Of a stretch of 64,000 nt of DNA, positions 32,158 through 42,486 are shown piece after piece; position 1 is the first letter of the stretch; every line of letters begins with the position of its first letter. Origin of the DNA: an uncultured Phycisphaerales bacterium (GTDB lineage Bacteria > Planctomycetota > Phycisphaerae > Tepidisphaerales > Tepidisphaeraceae); assembly GCA_963755915.1 (NCBI GenBank), contig CAVWLP010000003.1, forward strand, positions 640,001 to 704,000, given 5' to 3'. The notes beneath the pieces are model-generated. The model had not been told where the DNA came from, did not search any database, and saw only the letters and a program-made list of their open reading frames with translations. A program made the translations under genes and the position numbers.

Positions 32158-34572
32158 CTATTCCCAATCGATCCGATCCGGACATCGCAGCGGGCGCACG
32201 AACCAGCGGTTGGTGATCGTATTTTCCGGGGCCCCCGGTGGATCGGCAAAGCCGCGCACTCCCGAATATTGCATCGGCGAGATCAGGTGTTGATCGCCAT
32301 TGAAGTAGCGGTTCGGACCGAATCGGTTAAAGGCGCTGGGATGAAGACGAAGGCGAAGCCGCCCGGCTTTTCGCGCCAGCGAAGTCGGCACATTCACGGT
32401 CCACTGCGGGCCCCACGCGTAACCGAGATCGGTCCCATCCAGCTCGACTCGAATTTGATCCGCCTCCGCGCCGAAAAAGCGAAGCGCTGCCGCTCCGGCC
32501 AAGTCGATGTCCATCGGCTCGGACTCGACGACAACACCCTCTTGCGAAAAGGCGAAGCCCGCTTCCACAAGATCGGAGACGGGCATCTTTTTCCCGGGCG
32601 CCAGCCGAAACGGAAGAGCCAATTCCACCGTTCCGTTGGGCACCGGCACCGGTAATGGCGGGCACTCAACCCAAAAAACGCCGAGCAGCCAGGCCGACAC
32701 ACCCGATGTCGGCGTGGCGAACGTAAATTCGATTGTGTTGACCGTCTGAACTCGCGTTTCTTCCACCCGCGCGGTCGTTCCTTCGTCATCCACGGATTCC
32801 GCTAGCGGCTCTCCGTTGAGTGTCAGTCTCGAGATCGCCTGGTCCGCAAATCGAACTTTCAATGGCACCGGTTGCGAACAGAGAAATGTCGCCCGCCAAC
32901 GATCCGGACCGATCCGCAGCGGGTCCAGCGGCATCGCGTTCTGCTGGGGCGCGGCGAACCATTTTGGCGAAACCGTCCCACGTCGCGGGCGCGGCGGGAT
33001 GACCAGAATTTGAGAATCATCCCTCTGAATCGGCAAGACCGTTTCGACCGCGACCCCCAATCGCTTCGCCTCCGCCAGGAGCGATTTTCCGGCGGCCGTC
33101 AGCAGGCAATCTTCCCCCACGATGACACGTCGATATTTACATTGTCCGATCGCCAGCTCTTGCTGGTCTATCGTAGCCTCTTCGAAAGTTCGCTCGTCAA
33201 CGTAATGCGGATTGAGCGTCGCCGCGGCATCGGCAACGACCGAAAGAAATCGGCGGTTGATCGCCCCTGCTGTGGTTGCCTCATACGTCGCCGCATTGTG
33301 AATATTGAACCTAAGGAGTTCCCGCGGCTGGTAGCTTGCCATGATCGCCCTGTGCGGCGACACAACAACCGTATCGGTGCCGACATCCAAAACCGACAGC
33401 TTCAATTTGATACCCCGCAACACAGCCGCGAACACATCCCGCCACCCGATGTGGTTGGGGATCGACGCCGGCCAGTCCCGGATGGCGGCGCTATCCAGAT
33501 GGTACTGCCAGAGGTGAATCACATAATCGGTGATTCCGTTTCGGCCCAGCCAGAGAATATATCGCTCGAAATCTTCCGCCCGCGCCCACCCGGCGCCGCC
33601 GAAACATTCGGCCATGCAGCGCCCGTCGCCGAACTGCGCCGCGGCGCTCGTCGCCTGGCGGGGAAAATAATCGTTGGAAGGAAAACGCTCCAGTGCATCG
33701 ATGCCCGGCAGGCTCAGATGCCGGAAGATCCGGTTGCATGATCCGACCATCGGCACCTGAAAGAGCGGGTGCTCTTCACCCTTGATGTGAGCCGTGAATC
33801 GTTTGCCGTTCTTCGCGCACCACTGGTCGATCGGACTGATAAACGAGTCGACGAAAAGATCGGTCAGCAGCTCCCAAAACCGCACGCGAGCCGCCCCGGA
33901 GCCCTCGCCTGGGAAGAAAATCAGCGGAAGGATCGAGGCGATCGGATCGCCGTAACGACGCTGATAGATTTCCGGAAGCTCCGCCGTCCAGGGTATGGCG
34001 CCGCAGCGGCTGAGCGCATCAAACGCGTGCCCGAGCCCGAACTCCGGCTCATCGCAGAAAATCGTACTCACGTGATCCCATGCCCCCGGCTCCAGCCCCT
34101 GCCGGTAGCGATCGTGCGTCATGCTCAAAAAATGTTGCGTGAACCGCGAGCTGAAGTAATCCACCCCTTTCCCGACCTCTCGCGCGACATACCACCGTTT
34201 CCCCCCATGCTCAAAACTGCCCAGGCACTCCCGCGGCTCCTCCAAAACCAGGTTCGCCCATTGCTGGCCATCTTGCGGATACCTCTTGAGCAGCTCCCCG
34301 CTAACGGTTCCGCTGGGCCACCCATCTTCGTCATAGATCCACAGATCGAGGCCGATGGATTTGGCATACAAAATCGTGCCCGACAGCACCTTCATATAAG
34401 CGTCGCCCAGGTAGGCCGGCTCATTCGGATAAAATCGCGGGTGAAAGACCGCGCCATCGAGTCCGAACGCGCGCATCTGATCCAACTGCCGGCAAAGGCG
34501 CCGCTCGTCGAGCGGGCCGTTGATGGCCCACAAGGCATAAAAGCGGGGAATGTGTTTTGGGCGGGAGGTCAT
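32158..34572 (-). CDS. Glycoside hydrolase, GH106 (alpha-L-rhamnosidase)-like
   Basis: WIYDEDGWPSG, IFCDEP, PWT, LPGID, ECFGGAGW. Confidence 0.65.
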   Translation of the reverse strand: MTSRPKHIPRFYALWAINGPLDERRLCRQLDQMRAFGLDGAVFHPRFYPNEPAYLGDAYMKVLSGTILYAKSIGLDLWIYDEDGWPSGTVSGELLKRYPQDGQQWANLVLEEPRECLGSFEHGGKRWYVAREVGKGVDYFSSRFTQHFLSMTHDRYRQGLEPGAWDHVSTIFCDEPEFGLGHAFDALSRCGAIPWTAELPEIYQRRYGDPIASILPLIFFPGEGSGAARVRFWELLTDLFVDSFISPIDQWCAKNGKRFTAHIKGEEHPLFQVPMVGSCNRIFRHLSLPGIDALERFPSNDYFPRQATSAAAQFGDGRCMAECFGGAGWARAEDFERYILWLGRNGITDYVIHLWQYHLDSAAIRDWPASIPNHIGWRDVFAAVLRGIKLKLSVLDVGTDTVVVSPHRAIMASYQPRELLRFNIHNAATYEATTAGAINRRFLSVVADAAATLNPHYVDERTFEEATIDQQELAIGQCKYRRVIVGEDCLLTAAGKSLLAEAKRLGVAVETVLPIQRDDSQILVIPPRPRRGTVSPKWFAAPQQNAMPLDPLRIGPDRWRATFLCSQPVPLKVRFADQAISRLTLNGEPLAESVDDEGTTARVEETRVQTVNTIEFTFATPTSGVSAWLLGVFWVECPPLPVPVPNGTVELALPFRLAPGKKMPVSDLVEAGFAFSQEGVVVESEPMDIDLAGAAALRFFGAEADQIRVELDGTDLGYAWGPQWTVNVPTSLARKAGRLRLRLHPSAFNRFGPNRYFNGDQHLISPMQYSGVRGFADPPGAPENTITNRWFVRPLRCPDRIDWE

Positions 34573-34683
34573 TGTCCCGATTAGACGATCGCCATTCTCG
34601 AATTTCCACCCGCGCGGTACGCGGGATGCAGTCCTCCGGGGGAGAGTTAGCGTGCGGGTCTTGCAAATCGCCGACGAGGCGTT

Positions 34684-35769
34684 TCAGTTGATCTTCTCCG
34701 GCCGCGTCGTCGCATCGGGGGAGATCGAAACGGTTGTCGTGAGGTATCGCGCGAACCATTCATCCGACTGCTGCATGATCTCTCGAATCGCCACCAGCCA
34801 CAGGTCGAAGTGATTAGCCCCGGCGATGAGGATCAACCGCGAGTGATCCGGGTCGGCTGCATGCAGCCGGATGCTGTGGGAGGGACTCAAAAAATCATCC
34901 GACAATCCATGTATGATCAGAACCGGCGTCGAAGTGTGGGCAATCGCATAGAGCGGGCTGTCCCGATCGGGGTCGAACCCCGCCAATTGCCCAATGTCTA
35001 TCGTGATCACCTTGTAGTCCTTATAGCTGAAAAACCACCGCCCAATCCCCATGAGTTGCGGGCCCGCGTCCGCGGACGCATAGCGGATCGAACTGAACGG
35101 CTCCAGCGCGACCACCCCATGAATCCGCGGATCAATCGCCGCCCAGCAGATCCCCACCGAAGCCCCGTAAGAGATCCCCAGCACCCCCACTTCCCCGCAG
35201 ATCAGCCCCTGCTTCTCCAGCGCATCCAGCACCTGCACCATGTCGTGCGATTCGTGTGCGCCGTAGCTGATGAGATCACCGGTCGAGCGCCCATGCCCGC
35301 GCTGATCGACGAGGATGACCCGATACCCTTCCCCCGCCAGTGCAAGCGAGTAGAGCTCATAAGGCGGATCTTCCTTGCTGTCCCCCAGCCCCGGCAGGAT
35401 GAACAGCGTCCCCTTCGGCGGCGCCGGCGGATCGTCGTGGGTCGAGCGCGTGACATTGAGTGAAACAACCGTGTCGCCCGGATATCGCCCGCGGGTGATG
35501 GAAACGGTGCCGTGCCCGTCGACGGGATTGACGATCCAAACCGACAGCGTCGCCGCGGGCGGCCCAACTTTGATGCGGAGCTGTTTGGTGACGTAGTGCT
35601 GGGCCAGGACAAGCGATGAAGCGTCTTTGCCGCGCGTCGGCCAGTCGAGGTTGGGCGCTTTGACGAAGTCGTAAGCGACCCAACTGTCGCACCCGCCCGC
35701 AAGCAGCGGCGTCAGAAGCAGGCAGAGTGTTGGTATTTTCAGTCGGATCGATTTCAAGACTGAACTCAC
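34684..35769 (-). CDS. Alpha/beta-fold hydrolase, probable lipoprotein
   Basis: LAGGC lipobox-like; DQRGHGRS, GISYG nucleophile elbow, GANH. Confidence 0.85.
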   Translation of the reverse strand: MSSVLKSIRLKIPTLCLLLTPLLAGGCDSWVAYDFVKAPNLDWPTRGKDASSLVLAQHYVTKQLRIKVGPPAATLSVWIVNPVDGHGTVSITRGRYPGDTVVSLNVTRSTHDDPPAPPKGTLFILPGLGDSKEDPPYELYSLALAGEGYRVILVDQRGHGRSTGDLISYGAHESHDMVQVLDALEKQGLICGEVGVLGISYGASVGICWAAIDPRIHGVVALEPFSSIRYASADAGPQLMGIGRWFFSYKDYKVITIDIGQLAGFDPDRDSPLYAIAHTSTPVLIIHGLSDDFLSPSHSIRLHAADPDHSRLILIAGANHFDLWLVAIREIMQQSDEWFARYLTTTVSISPDATTRPEKIN

Positions 35770-35781
35770 GAGAGAAAAATC

Positions 35782-36735
35782 TCACCACAGAAGCTGAGTT
35801 GCGGTAAACACAGGCCCGTCGGTGCAGGCAAGGCGATAACACCAATCGCTTCCGGGCAGCGGCGGGTCCGCCGGGCGGGGCTTCCTGACGCGGATGCAGC
35901 AGCTCTGACAAGTGCCCATCCCGCACGCCATCGCGCGCTCCACCGCAATCTGGCAGGGAATATTGCGTTTCAGCGCGATATCGGCCACGCGCTTCATCAT
36001 AGGCTCAGGGCCGCAGGTGTAAATGACGGGATGCAGTCCCTGGCGGGGAATTTCGTTAGCGAGTCGATAGTCCAGAAAATCCTCCAGCGCCTGTGTTACA
36101 AACCCCCGGCAGCCCAGCGAGCCGTCATCCGTGCAAAGAATAGTCGGAATCCCATGCGGGAAAAACTCGGCGACTTCGTAAGCCTCTGAGCCGAGCGTGA
36201 GAGGCATCAGGTCGCGGCACAAAGCGCCCGCGAATGCGATCGCCCGCCTCCCGCCAAGCTGGGATGCCAGATAGATCATCGGCGGAATGCCCACCCCCCC
36301 GCCAACGAGAAGAGCAATTTGATTCTCATCCGGGGGAATAAACGCATTGCCAAGCGGCCCGATGATAGAAATGGTGTCACCGGCACTTAGCCGGGCAAGG
36401 GAATGGGTGGCAAGCCCGACGACCCGGTGGATGATGTCTAGCTGCGCGCCTCGCCGCCCGGCGAGGGAGAAGGGTCGGCGGAGGACGGAGTGCGGGGAGA
36501 GGAGCTCCGGGTCGGCGATCTCGATCCGCGAGCCGGGCGTCCAGTCGACTTCGGGGGGTTCGGACGGCGCGGTAAGGCCGGAAGTGGCGATTTGGATGAA
36601 CTGGCCGGGCTTGCTCGGGGGGAAATCGGGGACTTCCAGCACAAGACGGTAGTGATCGCGGCAAAGCTGGGTGTTGGAGAGGGTTTTGGCGACGAATTGG
36701 CCCTTATGGGACCGGTCTGGGCGTGGGCGAGTCAT
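35782..36735 (-). CDS. pyrK: Dihydroorotate dehydrogenase electron transfer subunit
   Basis: LRRPFS, GGGVGIPP, TDDGS, CGPEPMM, MACGMGTCQSC, CTDGPVF. Confidence 0.92.
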   Translation of the reverse strand: MTRPRPDRSHKGQFVAKTLSNTQLCRDHYRLVLEVPDFPPSKPGQFIQIATSGLTAPSEPPEVDWTPGSRIEIADPELLSPHSVLRRPFSLAGRRGAQLDIIHRVVGLATHSLARLSAGDTISIIGPLGNAFIPPDENQIALLVGGGVGIPPMIYLASQLGGRRAIAFAGALCRDLMPLTLGSEAYEVAEFFPHGIPTILCTDDGSLGCRGFVTQALEDFLDYRLANEIPRQGLHPVIYTCGPEPMMKRVADIALKRNIPCQIAVERAMACGMGTCQSCCIRVRKPRPADPPLPGSDWCYRLACTDGPVFTATQLLW

Positions 36736-36755
36736 TCAGCAGATTCTAGCGGGTC

Positions 36756-36806
36756 GCCAAAAAAAGACTTCCGCCAAAAAAAGACTTCCGCCAAAAAAAG
36801 ACTTCC
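36756..36806. repeat. Tandem repeat, 3 x 17 bp
   Basis: GCCAAAAAAAGACTTCC three times exactly. Confidence 0.95.
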
Positions 36807-36837
36807 GGAGGGGTGGCTCCTGTCCACCTCCGGAAGT
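36793..36837 (-). terminator. Intrinsic terminator
   Basis: ACTTCCGGAGG / CCTCCGGAAGT stem followed by CTTTTTTT on the minus strand. Confidence 0.8.
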
Positions 36838-36893
36838 TTGCCACGGCTAAGAAGCCGCTAAATCACTAAGTTAAACAGACAATTTCAAATGCT
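36793..36893 (-). ncRNA. Candidate ~100-nt small RNA
   Basis: Lies between a near-consensus promoter and a terminator; no ATG-initiated ORF; internal hairpin CGGCT-TCTT-AGCCG. Confidence 0.55.
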
Positions 36894-36899
36894 CAGGCG

Positions 36900-36928
36900 A
36901 CTATAACCATGCTCCAAAAAGCTGTCAA
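36900..36928 (-). promoter_or_regulatory. Near-consensus sigma70 promoter
   Basis: TTGACA-N17-TATAGT. Confidence 0.75.
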
Positions 36929-37060
36929 TTGACGGACGATAAGGAAAACCAAACATTTTTGTATTATAAGTTTATTGATTTCAATATGTTGTGGCTGTTT
37001 TATTTTCTCGTCATTCGGTTGTATCTTTCGGCTCATCAAGGGTAGAGGCAGGGCTCGGCG

Positions 37061-37465
37061 ATGCGTCGAATTACGGTGGCAATTGGGGTGGTTGGACGCG
37101 GCGGAAGGGTTCTGATCTGCCAGCGGAAGAAGGAGAACACGTTTGGGGGATACTGGGAGTTTCCGGGGGGGAAGTGCGAGGAGGCGGAGAGCCTGGAAGA
37201 TTGCCTGAAGCGCGAGCTGATGGAGGAGGTGGGGATTCAGGTTGAGGTGAAGCGGGAATTGACGCCGATCGTGCATGACTATGCCAATGGGCAGGTGACG
37301 TTGCACCCTTTTTTGTGCGGGCACGCGGAGGGGGAGCCGAGGGCGCTGGAGTGCGAGCAGACGAGATGGGTTTTGCCGGGGGAGCTGGGGAACTACCGGT
37401 TTCCACCGGCAAATGAGCCGCTGCTGGAGGAGATCTTGCGGGTGTGGGGTGAGAATCTGGGGTAG
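37061..37465 (+). CDS. mutT: MutT-like NUDIX (d)NTP pyrophosphohydrolase
   Basis: WEFPGGKCEEAESLEDCLKRELMEEVG, FPPAN. Confidence 0.85.
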   Translation: MRRITVAIGVVGRGGRVLICQRKKENTFGGYWEFPGGKCEEAESLEDCLKRELMEEVGIQVEVKRELTPIVHDYANGQVTLHPFLCGHAEGEPRALECEQTRWVLPGELGNYRFPPANEPLLEEILRVWGENLG

Positions 37466-37511
37466 CTGGGGTTTGCCAAGGGAGATTTTTTGAGTTACGA
37501 ATGATAGCTCG

Positions 37512-38138
37512 ATGATCAATCGGCCGCTGGCGAGCATCGCGGACTATGCGGATGCGCTAACGACGGCGCGGCGGGCGCGCAGCGTGCTCGTTCTGCTCAT
37601 TTCAGTGCTGTTGGTTTTTCAGATCGGGGTATTTTTCGCCGCGCGGTATCGGATTCACGTTGACGTGGATTCGGCCCAGGTCGATCTGCTGAAATATGGG
37701 GTGGGGCTGACGAATTTCCTGGGGGTGGTGACGCCGATCGTGCTGGCGTTCGTGCTTTTCCTGATCGTGGAAGTGATGCTGGTGGCGCGGCTGTTAGGAA
37801 TCGCCCGGGTGGTGTGGGGGTTCATCGCCTGCGTGGTGCTGATCACGCTGCTCTTTCCCTGGCAGGCGTTTTTGATGAACCAGAGCTTTACCTCCGTGGA
37901 GTTTAAGATTCCGGGGGTGCTGTATACGTGGCAAGAGCTGGTCCTGCGGGCGCGGGTGCATCCGGACGGATTTTTGCGGGAGCTGCTCTACTGGGGGCGA
38001 TTCGTGTTTTGGCCGGGGGTGGCGCTGCTGCTGACCTGGTTGATTCAGTATCAAAGTGGGCGCGGGTTGCGGACGGCGTTTGGGGAGAGCGTCTCGGTAG
38101 ACATTGCGCCAGCGGCGCCGGCGGGGATCAAACCATAA
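37512..38138 (+). CDS. Hypothetical 4-TM membrane protein
   Basis: Four hydrophobic segments. Confidence 0.75.
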   Translation: MINRPLASIADYADALTTARRARSVLVLLISVLLVFQIGVFFAARYRIHVDVDSAQVDLLKYGVGLTNFLGVVTPIVLAFVLFLIVEVMLVARLLGIARVVWGFIACVVLITLLFPWQAFLMNQSFTSVEFKIPGVLYTWQELVLRARVHPDGFLRELLYWGRFVFWPGVALLLTWLIQYQSGRGLRTAFGESVSVDIAPAAPAGIKP

Positions 38139-38142
38139 GGCC

Positions 38143-38499
38143 ATGCGGGAAGAACGCGGGAAACTCAGCGGGGATTGCACGATCGACGAGCAGTATACGC
38201 TGTGGGGGATGATCGTGGGGAACGTCACCGTCGGCGAGGATGGGAAATTCTATTTGCGCGGGAGCATTTATGGCGACCTGACCGTGCAGTATGGGGGAAG
38301 GGTGCATATTTTCGGCAATTTGCAGGGATCGCTGGTCGTGATGCGCGGGGCGAAGGTGATTCACAGCGGGCTGGTGGGCGGGGATATCACCAACCGCGGG
38401 GGAAGAATCTTCATCGAACTGGCCGCCAAGACGATGGGGAAGATCAAAACCAAATCGGGGGAGACGACGTTCGAGCAGAAGCAGAAGTTCTTGGAATAG
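38143..38499 (+). CDS. Bactofilin-like beta-helical (polymer-forming cytoskeletal) protein
   Basis: Repeating G-x-(I/V)-x-G-(N/D)-(V/L)-x-V pattern. Confidence 0.6.
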   Translation: MREERGKLSGDCTIDEQYTLWGMIVGNVTVGEDGKFYLRGSIYGDLTVQYGGRVHIFGNLQGSLVVMRGAKVIHSGLVGGDITNRGGRIFIELAAKTMGKIKTKSGETTFEQKQKFLE

Positions 38500-38542
38500 A
38501 CAGTTTTTGCGATTTGCGGCGCGGGGGATTACCTTCTGGGGC

Positions 38543-38899
38543 ATGTCAGTTGAGAAATGGTCTGAGTCGGTGATGGTCGTGCACCTGGGGAGCGATCCGC
38601 ATTTCTCGGAAGATGTGGAGACGGCGACGGAATTGTCTGGGGGTTCGATCAACCGGGTGCTCGATTTCTCGGCCGTGCATTATGTGAATTCGTCCAACAT
38701 CGCGGCGCTGCTGCGGCTGCGGCGGCAGGTTGCGGAGAAGAATGGAAAAGTGGTTTTGTGCGGCGTGGGGAACGCAGTATGGACGACCTTTCTGGTTACC
38801 GGGCTGGATAAGATTTTTGAATTCAGCGAGAACGTGCCGACGGCGCTGGCGACGATTCAGATGAGCCAACCGAATAAGCTCAGGGACGCGGGGGAGTAA
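38543..38899 (+). CDS. STAS-domain anti-sigma factor antagonist
   Basis: LDFSAVHYVNSSNIAALL, VTGLDKIF. Confidence 0.88.
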   Translation: MSVEKWSESVMVVHLGSDPHFSEDVETATELSGGSINRVLDFSAVHYVNSSNIAALLRLRRQVAEKNGKVVLCGVGNAVWTTFLVTGLDKIFEFSENVPTALATIQMSQPNKLRDAGE

Positions 38900-38910
38900 A
38901 CCCCCCGGGG

Positions 38911-40493
38911 TTAAATTCTTGCAGCGCGGCGACGATGTTATCGATCACCGGGGGCCAACTCCTGAATTTTGGCTGACGAAAGAGACGCATGGTGGGATAC
39001 CAGGGCGATTGTTCGCCGCGCAGGCCCCAGCGGAAATCGGCGGTGAAGGGGAGCATTGTCCAGACGGGTTTGCCCAGGCGCCGGCGAGATGGACGACGGC
39101 GGTGTCGACGGAGATGACCAGGTCGAGCTGCTCGATGAGGGCGGCCGTGTCGGCGAAATCGTGAAGCGAGGGAATGAAATCGACCAGACGCAAATTGGGG
39201 GGCGGGATCACCGCTTTTTCATTGTCGTTGAATTTTTGTAGCGTGAAGAAGGTGACGTTAGGGACCTGCGCCAGGGGGGATAGAAGCGAGGAATCGATGG
39301 AGCGATTGACGTCATTTTTGTGCTTTGGGTTTCCCGCCCAGGCGATGCCGACACGAAGGGAAGTCCCCCTTGGGGCGGCGGATTCGACGCGGGGGAGCCA
39401 GGATTTCCGCAGCGATGGATCGACGTGAAGGTATGGAACAGGGGCGGGGATGGTTTCGATCGTCGTGCCGAAGGCGTGGGGCAGGCTCATCATGGGAATG
39501 TGCCAGTCGTAGGCGGGGAGCTGTTCGCTGAGGGCGTAGGCGAGGCGCACGCCGTCGCATTTTTGGAGAAGAGATTTGAGGGGCCACGCAACCTGGACGA
39601 TGACGCGCGCGCCCATCTTCGCGAAGAGGGAGGCGTAGCGGATGAAGTGAATGGTGTCGCCGATGCCCTGCTCGCCGTAGATGAGGATGGTTTTTCCGGC
39701 GACGTCGGGGCGGCCGGTGGGCTCAGCGCCCCACTGGCGGGAGGGGTCTCGGCGGACGTTGCCCTGGAAAGTTTCGCAGTCCCAGCGGGATTCGTAATTG
39801 AGCCAGCCTTTTTCGTAATCGCCGAGGGTGATGAGGCACATCGACCATTGTCCGCGTGCTTCGCTGCAAGCGGGGTCGATTTCCAGGACTTTTTTCCAGA
39901 GGTCGGCGGCTTCCTGGAAGCGGCCGGAGGATTTGAGGCAATCCGCGGCGCAGCGGACGGTTTCGCAATCGACTTTGCCAATGGCGTGGATGTAATCGAA
40001 GAGGACGGTTAGAGCGCGATCGATCTGGTTGCCGCGACCGAGGGCAAGGACAAGGTCGTGGGGGATGGTGTTGTCGGAGGGGTCGAGATCGCGAGCTTTC
40101 TGGAGAGCTTCGGCGGCTTCGGTGAACTGGCCGTTTTTGCCGAGGCAGGTACCGAGGCGGTGCCAGTTTTCGGCCAGATCTGGGCGGAGCTCGATGGCGC
40201 GGCGTCGGGCGGCGATGGCCTGGTCGTAGTCTTCGAGGCGCTCGGAGGCGAGGCTGAAGTTCGCCCAGCCGTCGTGATAGGCGGGGTCGATCTGGGTGAT
40301 GGATTTAAAGACGCCGACGGCTTCCGACATCCGCTTGGCGTCGCCGAGGCACATGCCAAGGCCGTTGAGGGCGGCGACGTTGTCGGGGGAAGCGATGAGA
40401 ATTTTTCGGTACAGGTCTTCGGACTCGGCGAGCCGGCGCGGCGCGGAGCTGTTCGGCATTTTGCAGTCCCTGGGAAATACTGAGCGACGGCAT
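38911..40493 (-). CDS. TPR-repeat protein with C-terminal glycosyltransferase domain (frameshifts near both ends)
   Basis: Multiple TPRs; EQGIGDTIHFIRY, GIAWAGNP, DLVISVDTAVVHLAGA. Confidence 0.85.
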
Positions 40494-40564
40494 GGTCAGA
40501 ATCGTATAGGAAGAGCCGCGGGGCTTCTATTGGGAGTTTGGGGACGGCGCGATATCTTGAGGAG

Positions 40565-41136
40565 ATGGAGATTCGCGGGATGACGGCGGCGGATTTGGAC
40601 GGCATCAAGGATATCGATGCCACCGGCGAATCGTCGCATTATCTGCATGTGGAGCGCGGGGGAGAGCATGGGGGGGAGGGCCTGGCGGCCTCCTGGAAAA
40701 TGGAGGTGCGCCCGCTGCGGGAAAAGCGGGTTAATCGGCATGCGCTGGACGACGAGCAGCATTTTGCGATCCGGCAGATTGTGACGGGAGCCGAGGAGGG
40801 TGTCGCCCTGGCGGCGGAACATGAGGGGCATGCAGTTGCCGCGGCGGTAGCGACGCCGGACCGGGCGACGGGAGTGATGCGGTTGGTCGATCTGCGGGTC
40901 GATTATGATTTTCGCAGGCAGGGGCTGGCATCGGCGCTGATGTTTCAACTCATCCAGCGGTCGCGGGAGGAAGGTTTTCGCGCGGTGATGGCACAAACGA
41001 CAGCCGATGATTTTCCTTCGCTTCAGCTTCTGGGAAAGCTGGGGTTTGAGCCGGCGGGGCTGAATACCCATTTCCATTCCAATCACGATCTGGTGAAGGA
41101 ATCGGTGACTTTATTTTCTATCTCACACTTGATTAG
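40565..41136 (+). CDS. GNAT acetyltransferase (stop obscured by a missing T)
   Basis: VDYDFRRQGLASAL, LGKLGF; restoring one T gives TLFFYLTLD*. Confidence 0.8.
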
Positions 41137-41143
41137 GTCGCAC

Positions 41144-42486
41144 ATGAATGAGGAATCGATATCACACTTGGCGGGTGAGAAGTACGATCCGCGCGAAATC
41201 GGCGCCCGGCTGGGGACGATGGACCCGGACGACGGCGCGGTGGTGCTGGAATTTTTGCCGATGAAGGTGGCGGCGGCGGCGCTGGAGAAGACGGAGACCA
41301 GGGTGGCTGGGCAAATCGTCCACCGGATGGATCCGGTGCGGACGGCAAATCTGATCGCGCGGATTCCCCAGCCAACGGCGGTAGGGATCTTAAGCGCGAT
41401 GGCGCCGGACGATCGGGTCGACGTGCTGGAGGGACTGAAGCCGCAGTTGCACGATGAGCTGCTTCGGCAGATGGAGGCCGCGCACGCTGAGGAGTCGAGC
41501 GCCTGGAGCAGTATGCGCCACACACCGCCGGCGGAATCATGACGACGCGGGTGACGGCGCTTCTGAAGAAGATCACGGTGGAAGAGGCGGTCGCGGAATT
41601 GCGGCGGATCAACCAGGAGATGGGGCAGTTTTTTTATGTGTACGTCGTGGACGAGCAGCATCGTTTGATCGGCGTGCTGTCGATGCGCGATCTGCTCCTG
41701 GCGCAGGGGCCTAAAACACTTGAGCAGATCATGATTCCGATGGTGCGGAGCGTGCCGGCGTCGATGCACCAGGATGAAGTGTCGCGGTTGATGCGATCTT
41801 CGCGATATCTGGCGCTGCCGGTGGTCGATGAGCAGAAGCGGCTGGTAGGGATGGTCACGCTAGATGACGTCGTCGACGTGATCGAAGAAGAGGCGACCGA
41901 GGACGTGCAGAGAATGTTCGGCGCCGGGGCAGAGGAAAGATTGGGAAGCTCCTGGCGGTTCAGCTTTTCGCGGCGGTTCTGGTGGCTGGAGGTGAACCTG
42001 GGGACCGCGTTCCTGGCCGGGCTGGTGGTGGCGATGTTCGGGCAGACCATCGCCCGGTTTGCCGTGCTGGCGATCTTTATCCCCATCGTTTCGAGCATGG
42101 GAAGCAACGCGGGGGCGCAGGCGATGTCGGTGGTGATCCGCGGGATTGCGCATGGAAGGACCGATCGGAAGCTGCTGAAAAAAGTGCTGGCGCGCGAGGC
42201 GATTGTGGGGCTTCTGAGCGGCCTGGCGATCGGAGCCACAACGGCAGTCATTGCGATGATGTGGCAATATCATCATGGCGTCGTGCTGGGGATGGTGGTT
42301 GGGGTGTCGATCGTCATCACGCAAACGCTGGCGTGTGTCAGCGGCGCCGGAATTCCCTTCCTGGTGAAGCGCATGGGGTTTGATCCGGCCCAGTCGGCGA
42401 CGATTATTATCACGACGATCACTGACGTGGCGGGGTTTTTGAGTCTGCTGGGATTGGCGACGATGTGCGAAGGATGGATGCGATAA
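41144..42486 (+). CDS. mgtE: Magnesium transporter MgtE (frameshift near 41500)
   Basis: MAPDDRVD, CBS pair, EEEATEDV, GSNAGAQ, FDPAQSA..TTITDV. Confidence 0.9.

Noticed and set aside
36756-36806. CRISPR array
   Set aside because: 17-bp units with no spacers and no cas genes in the window.
36860-37030. oriC (AT-rich, near a skew flip)
   Set aside because: No DnaA-box cluster or dnaA seen; the flip appears to fall inside pyrK, and other flips occur in the window.
40538-41542. GNAT-MgtE fusion
   Set aside because: Adding one T in the run near 41115 gives FFYLTLD* before the mgtE ATG.
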